Shown piece by piece: positions 38,791 to 48,484 of a stretch of 64,000 nt of DNA. Origin of the DNA: an uncultured Pseudomonadales bacterium (GTDB lineage: Bacteria; Pseudomonadota; Gammaproteobacteria; Pseudomonadales; CANNCY01). Position 1 is the first letter of the stretch; every line of letters starts with the position of its first letter. The position numbers and the translations under genes were made by a program. A model generated the notes under the pieces. The model was not told the DNA's origin and ran no database searches. It saw nothing but the letters and a program-made list of their open reading frames with translations. The stretch is taken from NCBI GenBank assembly GCA_947503335.1, contig CANNCY010000001.1:946845-1010844 (forward strand), read 5' to 3'.

Positions 38791-39416
38791 AGGCGACTTT
38801 CATGTGCTTTCAAAATAATTCTCCAAATACCTATTAGTTTTCAAGTGCTGTAACCGCAAAAAAGATACCGAATCTATTGCAGATCAATCAACTATATGCG
38901 TATTAAGCGCTCATATAATGTGACAACCTTCGCGGAGTGAAAATATATTTAATTGGTAGTGAGAGATTTCTAATTCAGCCTAATTACATTCTTAATCAAG
39001 CTATCGACGTGAGTTATCTTGGTAAATTACTTTTGATAGACATGACTATACTGTTGGCTTGACAGACCGAACCCATTTGCTTTTTTAAGTGGACACCCGC
39101 ATAGTTAGGATCGCGATATTGCATTCTGCATTTCTCATTATGGCTCCGGGTTATCATCGTGGTAATGAGGGCTATAGATGCAGTAGGAAGGGTAACTTTG
39201 GTAAACCTCAAGACCAAGCATCACCCTAATCTACGGAATATGCGCAGACTCCCGGCAAATGACACCCAATCAAGACCACAGCCCGAAGAAAGATAGCTCG
39301 TATTTTACACTGCTTCCAATCAGGCATATAATTAGTGCTCAACTCATTGAGAGGAGGATCACTATGAAACGCGAAGAAGACCTCTGGCCACCGTTTGATT
39401 AAACGCCACCACTGCC

Positions 39417-39791
39417 CTACCAATTAGACGGGAGCTTATCTCGAGCCTCACGACTTTTCTTGATACGCCGAACCTCTGCTTGCACCTCAACTTCACGGCG
39501 GCGTTTGGCAGTATGACTCTCCCAAGACTTATCACCTACCCGCCCCATTAAGCTCGTCCAAAACGTATACAGCCCAGTTACTATAAGCGTTTGACGAAGT
39601 CCTATGCCGCAATAAACCACAAACAGAATGTAGTGCATGGCGTAGTCGCCAAATACGACGTCAGCAAAAACGGCTGTCGCGATCATACCGAGATATAAGC
39701 CTCTGGCAATAGGCCCCCATTCAAACTCGGATTCGTATCGCTTTGATAATAAAGTATCCCTTTGCTTAGACTGGCCGCCACGTTTTGACAC
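39417..39791 (-). CDS. Hypothetical small membrane protein
   Basis: 124 aa, about 3 TM segments, basic N- and C-termini. It is the first gene inside the higher-GC block. Confidence 0.45.
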   Translation of the reverse strand: MSKRGGQSKQRDTLLSKRYESEFEWGPIARGLYLGMIATAVFADVVFGDYAMHYILFVVYCGIGLRQTLIVTGLYTFWTSLMGRVGDKSWESHTAKRRREVEVQAEVRRIKKSREARDKLPSNW

Positions 39792-40083
39792 AGCTATATC
39801 CTTTAGCTCGCTGATGGTTCTATTCGATCAATAATCTGCTATCTAAAGCCATCGATCAACTACTCCATATGATTTATCTGAATAGAAATGAATTCAACAG
39901 TTAAGCTATGTCGCTAGCTGACTGACGCGTACCGAGAGAGACGAGCGTGTCGAAAGCCATTCCAAAGTATATGGCGTAGACACAAAAGCTCCCTTCAATT
40001 AGCATAACTAGTCCAAAAATCGCCTTTATGGTGACAGCACTCTCTCGACTGCGCGTTAAGCAGTGTTAAAGAGTTGATATCAA

Positions 40084-40518
40084 TTGAAGGGAACTCGTAT
40101 GATTACAGGCTCAACGGTCTATGAACGTAAAGCATCTGCTGCACAACTTGTTATAAACCATCTCCAGGCCTTGGGCCACAAAGCAAGCCTTATCAAAAAC
40201 GAAACCAACAGCCAGGGTCACACTGACCGCTTGTTGGTTGATAGCTCTCTAGGCATCATTCATATCACTACGACTGCTTCAAATGATCCGAACGCTGAGA
40301 TGGTCACGGGTGATTTCGGCACGGGCAACCAACCTCATCTTGCTGGCAAGGCCTATATCGCATATTGCTGGAACGCCAAAGATGGTAGAACCTTTCTAAT
40401 GTTTGTGTCACCCGATGCAATCGAAGGTAAAACAGGCATTTCGAAGCAAGACATCACTCGATTACGTGACAAAACCCTTAGTACTGTCATAGCTGCGAGT
40501 TCGCTACAGCGCGCATGA
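40084..40518 (+). CDS. Hypothetical protein
   Basis: ORF with a likely true start at ATG 40099 (RBS gaaggga). No motif recognised. Confidence 0.45.
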   Translation: MKGTRMITGSTVYERKASAAQLVINHLQALGHKASLIKNETNSQGHTDRLLVDSSLGIIHITTTASNDPNAEMVTGDFGTGNQPHLAGKAYIAYCWNAKDGRTFLMFVSPDAIEGKTGISKQDITRLRDKTLSTVIAASSLQRA

Positions 40519-40609
40519 ATAAAGGAATGTCATATGACACCGCAAAACTGTCGTAACACTTTAGCAACTCGCTGCGTATCTTAGCGCCAACAGACAAAGG
40601 AGGTCATTA

Positions 40610-41050
40610 ATGTTGCTTAACACACAGCTTATTCGTAGCGAACGCGAGTCAAAGAATTGGACTCAACAGCATTTGGCAGATGTATGTGATGTCAGCTTAA
40701 GGACTATCCAGCGTATCGAAAAAACTGGCGAGGCCTCGAGCGAATCGTTGGCGGCATTAGCCTCTGTATTTGAGCTACCGGCTGAGAAGCTCGTCGCCTC
40801 AAAGTCAGATCAACCACCCCTTTACATGAAGCTATTTGAAATCATTAAGCGATATGCAGGTAGTGTTTATATTCATACGCTCACGGGGTTTTCTACGCTA
40901 CTGCTATTCTTCGGCTACTTAGGCTTGTACATGGGCTATTACAGCGGCAAACTTTCATTAGACCCACTCATTTGGATGCACTTTGCCATGATCCTTACAG
41001 GGTCAGTTCTTCTCACCGTCAATCTCATGCGGCCAAGGCGTAAGCCCTAG
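40610..41050 (+). CDS. XRE-type HTH protein with C-terminal TM helices
   Basis: 146 aa. WTQQHLADVCDVSLRTIQRIEKG HTH, followed by two hydrophobic helices. RBS aaaggagg. Confidence 0.65.
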   Translation: MLLNTQLIRSERESKNWTQQHLADVCDVSLRTIQRIEKTGEASSESLAALASVFELPAEKLVASKSDQPPLYMKLFEIIKRYAGSVYIHTLTGFSTLLLFFGYLGLYMGYYSGKLSLDPLIWMHFAMILTGSVLLTVNLMRPRRKP

Positions 41051-41130
41051 GCGTATCTCGCGCGTTTAATACGCGCCCTTCTCACACCCTACCCCCTTAT
41101 TGAGTCATTCAAGCATCTCAAGGAGCGAGT

Positions 41131-41589
41131 ATGCCTAGAATCTTTGCGCCTATTGCTTTTGCAATAACAGGTTTATACGCCAACATGTCTTCAGCTGCAC
41201 TGTGTTTTGAAACTATGACAGGTAACTCTGTAGACGCTCTCGCACACCGCGCTGGCAAGACCGTCATCGCTAAGTCGTCGCGGCTTGATATTGAGATCGG
41301 AGGAGCTATCTACCGCAATCTTGATACTGGCGAATACCGAGCCGACTGCCAAATTCAGACCGGCTTGCAAAAACAGCTCTCTGTATCGCTAAAGCACGAT
41401 ATGAACAAAGAGGTATGGGTTGCCATCTGGCACACCCATGGTGCACGAAGCTCGCACACTAAGTTCAGTAAGACTGATATTGCACTGGCTGAATCGCGGG
41501 GTGTCGCGATCTTTCTGACTGTCGATCGCAGAACAACGCGCCGACATCAACCTAGCCCCACATCAACTGAAAACATCGCTATTAGGTAG
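41131..41589 (+). CDS. Hypothetical secreted protein (possible DUF4329-like H-x-H motif)
   Basis: 152 aa with a signal peptide. EIGGAIY ... WHTHG ... FSKTD pattern. The family assignment is from memory only. Confidence 0.4.
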   Translation: MPRIFAPIAFAITGLYANMSSAALCFETMTGNSVDALAHRAGKTVIAKSSRLDIEIGGAIYRNLDTGEYRADCQIQTGLQKQLSVSLKHDMNKEVWVAIWHTHGARSSHTKFSKTDIALAESRGVAIFLTVDRRTTRRHQPSPTSTENIAIR

Positions 41590-41605
41590 CTCAACCACGT
41601 ACTAG

Positions 41606-41866
41606 CTACTTGAGTGAATTCATATTGTGGCAGATCTCGTAAAGGCCTTGAGCGTGATCGGGGTATGCCCTAGCGAAAGCATCTAAGAACAGCCATGATG
41701 GTTGATCGTACTCTAACTCGAAACGCCTGAAATCGTTCGCAGGCACGCCCAAATTACGGGCGATTTCGGTTATGGCAAGGTCGTTTGCAATTCGCCAGTC
41801 TATTAGGTACTGGCCATACCCCTTAAGTCTTGTACGCCGTTTAAAGTCGAGCAGTATAACGTTCAT
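41606..41866 (-). CDS. Small HTH-like protein
   Basis: 86 aa. ITEIARNLGVPANDFRRFE. Has a 4-nt ATGA overlap with the upstream gene. Confidence 0.45.
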   Translation of the reverse strand: MNVILLDFKRRTRLKGYGQYLIDWRIANDLAITEIARNLGVPANDFRRFELEYDQPSWLFLDAFARAYPDHAQGLYEICHNMNSLK

Positions 41867-42231
41867 TTCGCCACCTCACTGCTGAACCAATCTGAGATTA
41901 GAGCTATACCTCGCGAGCGCAGTTGTTCGTTAGATAGATTCGTGAGTCTTTGCTGCTCTGATGAATAGACAATTCCTAGCCCACCCAAATCTACATGTAC
42001 TTCTGGGCGGCCATTCATAGCTAGCTCACTCAAGATGATGACATCACGCTTAACAAGTCGTTGCATGTTTGCTCGTACCCTACCGTGATACATTGCTTCT
42101 CTAGGATCTAGCATAAGCATGTAATGAACATACAACGAGAGTTGCCACTCGCTATTTACGATCACTAAATTAGTCGCCATAAACGACGTGATTATCGACT
42201 TCATTTTGGGGAACACAGTGATGTTGCTCAT
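41863..42231 (-). CDS. Hypothetical protein
   Basis: 122-aa ORF, translationally coupled to 41606..41866. Confidence 0.4.
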   Translation of the reverse strand: MSNITVFPKMKSIITSFMATNLVIVNSEWQLSLYVHYMLMLDPREAMYHGRVRANMQRLVKRDVIILSELAMNGRPEVHVDLGGLGIVYSSEQQRLTNLSNEQLRSRGIALISDWFSSEVAK

Positions 42232-42420
42232 AATGACCTCTTTGTGGTATGCACTCTGAATTTTGGCAGCGTATCACGCGAAAAATTCGCTAAGAGGTTA
42301 GAGCTTGTCGTGCGTTTAGAGCTTTAACTGCAGGTAGACCAGACCATAGCATCTCGAACCTCTTTACTGTTCGTGGCTGTGTTAGCGTCACACGATGACT
42401 CCACTAGTTGAGAAAAGCGA

Positions 42421-43152
42421 ATGCTTACATACAACCCTTATGAAAAGATTGCACACGAATACATAGAAAAGAGAAAGATCGCAGCGAAGTCACTTTACAA
42501 TGACGTCATTAATGACCCAGCCATCTTGCGAGCTCTTAGCGAGTTAGATGTCATAGGCCCATCGCTTGATGTAGGTTGCGGGCAAGGCAGCGTGACTGCG
42601 CATATGCCACCCAAGCGATATGGCATTGATCCGTCGCCCACGATGATTGAAAGCGCAAAGAGTAATGCCTTAGCGGACTACGAAGCAGACTTTAAAGTGG
42701 CTTTTGCCGAGAACATTCCTTTTACCGACGGCTCATTCAGCACTATCGTAAGCTCTCTAGCGCTGCATTACTCGCCGAATATCGACGAATGCTTCACTGA
42801 GTTTGCGCGCGCTTTGCGTAAAAATGGCCAACTGGTCTTTACCATACACCACCCGCATCAAACCCAGGCTATTGATATTGACAACAAAAGCGTAACCACT
42901 AAAAAGCTATATGGTAATGGCGAGCGCTATAGGTTTCAGATCGATGAATTTGAGCCACTGTGGGCCCACCATTATTCAAAGAGCTATCTAGAAAACCGTC
43001 TGCTAGCTAATGGCTTCGCAAACATTGAAGTGCGAGACGTGGCGCCTGATAAGAGTCTCTATACAAACTTAAGCTGTAATTTAAAAGAACAGATTATGCA
43101 ATGCATCGCTACTCCGCCTTTCGTGTTGATCACCGCGCTTAAGGCACATTAA
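42421..43152 (+). CDS. Class I SAM-dependent methyltransferase
   Basis: 243 aa. Motif I LDVGCGQG and a later FSTIVSSLALHY. Confidence 0.8.
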   Translation: MLTYNPYEKIAHEYIEKRKIAAKSLYNDVINDPAILRALSELDVIGPSLDVGCGQGSVTAHMPPKRYGIDPSPTMIESAKSNALADYEADFKVAFAENIPFTDGSFSTIVSSLALHYSPNIDECFTEFARALRKNGQLVFTIHHPHQTQAIDIDNKSVTTKKLYGNGERYRFQIDEFEPLWAHHYSKSYLENRLLANGFANIEVRDVAPDKSLYTNLSCNLKEQIMQCIATPPFVLITALKAH

Positions 43153-45185
43153 CAACTTTCTGACACACGCGTCACTACGTATTTGTCGTAAGCCGCCCGC
43201 ATAATGGTCGGCATAGCATGCAAATAATGCCGTACACTAACCTGTGGGCTAACGTGCCCGATCTGTTGGCTGATTAGATCGAAGTCTGTTGGCAACACGG
43301 TTTTGCCACAACCTCGGTCTAAAATGGCTTTGAACTCTTTTTCAGCAGGGTCGTTTCTAAAGCACTTTATATAAGAATGAGTCATTTTATCTCGCATTCC
43401 AAGTCGATATTCCGCCCATCTTAGATAGCACGTTGTAACGTACAAGTGGCGTAAGCTATGCGTACAGAAACGCTCGCCATAAGCATTCTTTAACGCACGA
43501 TTAACTGTATGCGCCAAAACAGATCGAGATACTCCTAGCTCTTGGTAGTCGAGAAACCGCTTTGAACGTATGGCTAGATTCCATTCATCACCCTCTACTC
43601 TATATCGATAATGCTGGACAATAATATCCAAGGCTGCTGATGGGCAGCTTGCTGAAAGTGCAATTCGTCTTTTACCGGCGTCAGTCTTAGAATCCGTGAT
43701 TGAAACGTACACAGCACTGTCGTCGAAAATAAAATCACCAACTCTTAGGTCATATATTTCTTGGTGGCGTAGTCCGCCAAACGCGGCAAGCACAATGACT
43801 AATGCCACTAGTACTGACTGATCGGTACCTTCTTGAAGATTGGTCTCTATTAACTCAAGTACACTACCATTAGAAACCAGGTTCGTGCGCGGGTTGAAAA
43901 TTTCGTCACAGGTAAAAACTCTATCTACGCTAGGTAAATAATCTCTCTCAACACAAAAACGAAGAAAAATATTTAGGTGCACCTTGTTTGCATGGGCCAA
44001 TGGTTCTTCCGAGAAAACTTCATACTCGGCGACCATTTCCTCAAAATAATCAAAATCAATATCATCGACCGGTAGCTCGTCAAGATCACACTCGAGTAGC
44101 TTCATTAATGACGATAGATACTTTATCGACGTTTCCAAATTTATAGTTTTTTCTTCAATTAAAAATGATCTAATCCATCGTAGTAAAATGCTCTGTAAGG
44201 TGACACCAATACCGTTACTCTCAATCTTGACAATCGCATCGCCTAAACAGGTTTCGATATTGGCGTAGTCTTCTCTAGACAGTACGCCAGATGTTTGCTT
44301 AAGACATTGTTTTAGATACGACCTAACTAAAGCCACGCAAGCCTTTGCGTTAATCATTGTTCGCTCAGCGGACCTCTCAACCGTCATAGAAGACTGCCGA
44401 ATACAGTCTTCACCAATTGCGTGCTGGCTTACCGGGTTTCCCTCACTCTCATCTATATCATTAAAGCCATAGAACTCACTGCTCTCTATACCTCGCAGTC
44501 GATCGCTGCCCGAAAATGCTACTAAAGGCGGCACACCCAAAGAAACCAAATAACTTGGAAGAGCTGCTAGATGACTGGATAGTAGTTTCGTGCGGCGGCA
44601 CGAGCTTTTCGCAACGCGATTAAGAGATGTTTCGATTTCACCCCACTTAGGCTCATCATCCTGACTACCAATGTACGCAAACAAATCGCCATCTTGATGA
44701 TCAAACGAATAAATTCTGCCACACGCAAGGCGCAGATAGCCTTCGCAGCTATATGCAGCCTCCCCCTGGATTACCTTCTCAGCTACAGCCTCAAGAGAGT
44801 TCCTCCTCAGACCGTTTATTAGCGACAAGCGATAGAAGGCGCAGGAGTAGCGTTCAATACGATCACTTGAGTCCGCCAGCTTTAATACAGCGTGGTGGAA
44901 TGCCACACAGTCATCTAGAACGTATGGTTTTATACCTTTAAAAGCTGACTCTCTGGATCGCTTGTTAATTGGAACCGTCATCATGCATACGATATCGCCA
45001 CTCTCTGACAGCTTTGATACCAATCGATGCATTTGAGTGCGTAATGATGAGGAGTTTAAAAAATAGCGTCTAGATATCTCCTCTACTAAACCATCAAAGA
45101 ATGAGCCTGTTACGATTCGAGCAGACTCGATCCTTACCCTTGCTTCTTTAATAGCGCTATTGTTTCTGAGCTTTAAATCACCCAT
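43149..45185 (-). CDS. Large tyrosine recombinase (C-terminal catalytic domain)
   Basis: 678 aa. GGLRHQE (R), SKTDAGKRR (K), HSLRHLY (H-x-x-R), IGHVS (H), VRHYLH (Y). The roughly 430-aa N-terminal region is unassigned. Confidence 0.8.
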   Translation of the reverse strand: MGDLKLRNNSAIKEARVRIESARIVTGSFFDGLVEEISRRYFLNSSSLRTQMHRLVSKLSESGDIVCMMTVPINKRSRESAFKGIKPYVLDDCVAFHHAVLKLADSSDRIERYSCAFYRLSLINGLRRNSLEAVAEKVIQGEAAYSCEGYLRLACGRIYSFDHQDGDLFAYIGSQDDEPKWGEIETSLNRVAKSSCRRTKLLSSHLAALPSYLVSLGVPPLVAFSGSDRLRGIESSEFYGFNDIDESEGNPVSQHAIGEDCIRQSSMTVERSAERTMINAKACVALVRSYLKQCLKQTSGVLSREDYANIETCLGDAIVKIESNGIGVTLQSILLRWIRSFLIEEKTINLETSIKYLSSLMKLLECDLDELPVDDIDFDYFEEMVAEYEVFSEEPLAHANKVHLNIFLRFCVERDYLPSVDRVFTCDEIFNPRTNLVSNGSVLELIETNLQEGTDQSVLVALVIVLAAFGGLRHQEIYDLRVGDFIFDDSAVYVSITDSKTDAGKRRIALSASCPSAALDIIVQHYRYRVEGDEWNLAIRSKRFLDYQELGVSRSVLAHTVNRALKNAYGERFCTHSLRHLYVTTCYLRWAEYRLGMRDKMTHSYIKCFRNDPAEKEFKAILDRGCGKTVLPTDFDLISQQIGHVSPQVSVRHYLHAMPTIMRAAYDKYVVTRVSESC

Positions 45186-47092
45186 TAAGTCCCCCTCTTC
45201 GAATTAGGGCCACTATTGATTGCAACAACTCGTACTGAGGCAGAACTATTAATATCGCTGAAGGATCGATACCCTGTGCTATGCTGCAGTGCGGCGCGAC
45301 ATAACTCTCCCGGCTTATTCGAAAGAGTCTTAGCCGCTTCTTTTCTGAGAAAATTTCTGGGTGTCAGCGGCTTAATATCGTGCTTCTCAAGCTCTTTCTC
45401 GAAGCTAGCATGATCCATTAGTCGAAAGCGAAATTGCTTGCAATCACCAATGGCTATTCTGGGCGCTAGATTTTCTTGATCTGGAATTCTCAAGCGTTTC
45501 ATAAGCGCTGTTTGTTCTAGGAGTAAGCCTACAGCAAATGGAGATATGCTCATTTCGAACTCGCCGGTATAGGTAGCGCTAGCTTTTTGGCGCACCCTCA
45601 CTATATCGTTACCCAGATATTCAATGTAGCTTTGGGCACCGAAGGGCCTTAACCCTAGCTCGAAGCTGATATTAAAGTAGAAGTAAAGCTGGGTGCTGTT
45701 GAATTCTTCTAGCGGCGTACACCAAGTACCTTGAAGATTGGCAATCTTGTCGCGAAGATAATTGATTTCAACTCGGGAATTCGGCAAAAAGTGTAGTCGA
45801 GTTCTTTCTACTCTTGTCAGTCTTGCTCCTGTACGTCTAGAGACGAAGCTACCCGAGATATCATGTTGTTCCAGCCATTTACACCATGTATCTATAGAGC
45901 GCTGAAGCGACTCAGTTTTCACCTCGATATAGTGAGCAGCCGCCCTTAGGTCAGCCCTGATCTCGCCGTTTAGATAATCGACCGAAATAGAATCCCCATT
46001 GGCTACTCGCATATGGTACCTAATCGAATTTAGGAGTCTTCCTAGCGTTACCTTGAGACCGAGATTCTTACTAATACGCGCAAGTAGCTGCTCTACCAAT
46101 TTGAGATCTTTAGCGTTTAATATGACAAGGGGCTTGATTAAAGTCGCATCGGAAGCCAACTCAACCCATACGATTTCTGACCCAGTCACCTCATCATCAT
46201 GAATGAGAACCGCATATTTAATGGCCCCTTCATCAGTCATATATGGGCCATATAGCTTTTTATTTCGTCGTAAGGAAATTCCTAGAAAAAACATCCACGA
46301 TAGTGCTGGTATTAAGTTTGAGCTCGAAGCCTCTAGGTAACTCGCAACCCGTGATAGCTCCGTTCCAGTTAGCATTCGGGGGTTGAATATACTAGGAGCA
46401 GTTCTTCGCCATTTTTTCGCCTTTCTTTTTCTTGCTACAACTCGTCGCCCTAGCGGGCTACTTACATAATGTTTTTTACTGTGATCGTCTGCATCTTCAT
46501 GTTTCGAAATTATATCGATGCGACGCAAGTCGCCAATAAACAATTCGCGTGCAGTTGATAGTTGAGTCTTAGAAGATTTTTTACTGGCAGCCCCTGTTGA
46601 CGCTTTACTCACGACGGTGCGCGATCGCTGCCTGCAGCCAACGTAGACCTCTTGAGATCTAACTCGATACCCCGACATGTGCTCGAAAAGCTGACAGCAA
46701 GGCATGCCTTTGCCGTTGGTGATTCGATAATTCCTCTGGTAGTTACACATAACTCGCCGACAAGCATCGGCAGCGGTCTCATCTTTACGCATTCGATTGT
46801 CAAGATTAAGGAAAGCCTTAAAAAACTCTTTACTATGCGTCGTGGCAAATGCAAGTTCGTAAGTAGCATGCCCTACGCCGCACAGCCAAGCCTTGTAGAA
46901 AAAGGTTACCCACCGCTGCTGGGCGGAAATTACGGGATCTTCATCGCTGCGATAGTCATCTAGAGGCAAAAAACGCTCAATCCACGTAGGACGATGAGTA
47001 TTTCCATCATAACCTTGTACGTCCTCATTTAAACGCTTGAAATTTGAATAAACCATCATCGCCCCACTACTTGAATATCTCGATAAATGCAT
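45185..47092 (-). CDS. Divergent tyrosine-recombinase-fold protein
   Basis: 635 aa. ELGLRP, TPRNFLRKE and LQHSTGYRSF sit at the spacing expected for R / (H)xxR / H..Y boxes, but are degenerate. The stop/start abuts the downstream recombinase. Confidence 0.5.
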   Translation of the reverse strand: MHLSRYSSSGAMMVYSNFKRLNEDVQGYDGNTHRPTWIERFLPLDDYRSDEDPVISAQQRWVTFFYKAWLCGVGHATYELAFATTHSKEFFKAFLNLDNRMRKDETAADACRRVMCNYQRNYRITNGKGMPCCQLFEHMSGYRVRSQEVYVGCRQRSRTVVSKASTGAASKKSSKTQLSTARELFIGDLRRIDIISKHEDADDHSKKHYVSSPLGRRVVARKRKAKKWRRTAPSIFNPRMLTGTELSRVASYLEASSSNLIPALSWMFFLGISLRRNKKLYGPYMTDEGAIKYAVLIHDDEVTGSEIVWVELASDATLIKPLVILNAKDLKLVEQLLARISKNLGLKVTLGRLLNSIRYHMRVANGDSISVDYLNGEIRADLRAAAHYIEVKTESLQRSIDTWCKWLEQHDISGSFVSRRTGARLTRVERTRLHFLPNSRVEINYLRDKIANLQGTWCTPLEEFNSTQLYFYFNISFELGLRPFGAQSYIEYLGNDIVRVRQKASATYTGEFEMSISPFAVGLLLEQTALMKRLRIPDQENLAPRIAIGDCKQFRFRLMDHASFEKELEKHDIKPLTPRNFLRKEAAKTLSNKPGELCRAALQHSTGYRSFSDINSSASVRVVAINSGPNSKRGT

Positions 47093-47624
47093 CTAGGTAG
47101 CGAATAAACGTATTATTAGAAACGTTGGTTTCACCATAGAGCCTCATAAAAAATGATTTATAACGCGACCGTCGCCGAGTTGTTGTATCTTCTTCGATTA
47201 GGTATTCCGGAGCTTCTTTAAATAGATGCCAGGAACTTCTCACTTGTTCAATAAAGTCGCTCAAGCCAAAAACCGAGAAGTGAGCTTCGATCGTAAGAAG
47301 TGATTGAAGTGCCAATGGATCGATTTCGTCTCGTACAATGTAGGCCTCGATTTGCTTGGGATAACCTCTCGAATATAGCCTCGAAACTCTTCGTTCAGAC
47401 GATACGAGCTTATAGCATGTTTCGTCTTGACGAATAACGACGGGGATAGAAGTCGATACTACTTCATATTGATTCTGGGTTATCCGCTCCCTAGGCTTGG
47501 CCTTTAGATCGAAAATCTGCTCGACTAGAATTAGCTCTCGACTAACATTAACGAAACTTCCATTTATTAGTTTTAGCTTAAGAACTGTTTGTGGTTTTTT
47601 GCGTGAAGCCATCTTAGCTCCCAT
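47067..47624 (-). CDS. ParB/Srx-like N-terminal domain protein
   Basis: 185 aa. IPVVIRQDETCYKLVSSERRVSRLYSRGYPKQIEAYIVRDE parallels the ParB box I.V......Y.LV.GERR..A.....I.A.IV. Confidence 0.5.
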   Translation of the reverse strand: MGAKMASRKKPQTVLKLKLINGSFVNVSRELILVEQIFDLKAKPRERITQNQYEVVSTSIPVVIRQDETCYKLVSSERRVSRLYSRGYPKQIEAYIVRDEIDPLALQSLLTIEAHFSVFGLSDFIEQVRSSWHLFKEAPEYLIEEDTTTRRRSRYKSFFMRLYGETNVSNNTFIRYLDAFIEIFK

Positions 47625-47966
47625 ACTATTTCGATGAAATTAGCTTCGGAGAAAAGAGCCGGTCGAGCAACAGTTAGGACTGGCATCTTAAATGCCATTT
47701 TGCGAAATCAGGAGGTTATGAAACCCACTTTCCCTTAGGAGATGCTGAAAACAGACACATAATCATCTGAAATATATAAAGAAACTTAGATCTCGTAAGA
47801 TTTATTTCAGTAAAAAATCTAGGAGAGAGACAAGAGATAGCCCATCTAACCTTTATGTGACCCAGACCGCAAAAAATCAATTAAACACTTAGGTCAACTT
47901 TATTCTACGGAAAGTGATGAGCTAGACAGGCTGACATAAGACTAATGAATTATTACTAGATAAGAC

Positions 47967-48167
47967 TTATCGCGAAAGCTCAAAAAGATCCCCAACCTCA
48001 CACTCCAAGAAGACGCACAGCTTCTCGATCACATCAAAATCGATACGCGTAGACTTCTCTTTATAAAGATTGGTAATGGTGACTCGACTAAGCCCTGTGG
48101 CCCTAGAGACCTCAGTGATGTTTACTTTTCTCGCACCCATTAGCGTTGATAGATGACACTTGATCAT
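47967..48167 (-). CDS. Cro/CI-type HTH regulator
   Basis: 66 aa. ITEVSRATGLSRVTITNLYK. Confidence 0.75.
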   Translation of the reverse strand: MIKCHLSTLMGARKVNITEVSRATGLSRVTITNLYKEKSTRIDFDVIEKLCVFLECEVGDLFELSR

Positions 48168-48337
48168 GTTGTGCTTGCTTTTATCAGACCGTCGATCATC
48201 AAACTATACCTTCTCAACCTGGCAAAATTCAAACATTCTATCCATATCGTTTATCTTTCAAATCATATCGTACAACTTCCTTTACATTTAGAATAGCATC
48301 ATATACAGTTAGGTCATGTCTTAAACGGAGGTTAGAT

Positions 48338-48484
48338 ATGAAACAAGCAACGAGCACTGTAAACGCCAAGCAACTAAAGGGTCCTCGTAACCGTATTAAG
48401 TTATCTGTTATGGGCGAGTTTCAGGCCGACGACACCGTTATCGACTTTCTTGCTGCTGAGTACCTAGCATGGTTGAACGAGTAG
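48338..48484 (+). CDS. Small ORF (48 aa) overlapping the recombinase start; possible accessory or directionality factor
   Basis: I translated this ORF myself; it is not in the supplied track. RBS acggagg lies 6 nt upstream. It overlaps the 48469 ATG by 16 nt. Confidence 0.35.
   Translation: MKQATSTVNAKQLKGPRNRIKLSVMGEFQADDTVIDFLAAEYLAWLNE

Noticed and set aside
39014-39423. ORFs 39014..39217 and 39226..39423 in the gap between the IS21 remnant and the higher-GC block.
   Set aside because: They have no RBS and no motifs, and they overlap the neighbouring gene end. They are likely non-coding junction DNA.
45999-46963. ORFs 45999..46202, 46609..46869 and 46652..46963 inside the 635-aa gene.
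   Set aside because: They are nested or antisense to the longer operon-embedded ORF and have no independent signals.
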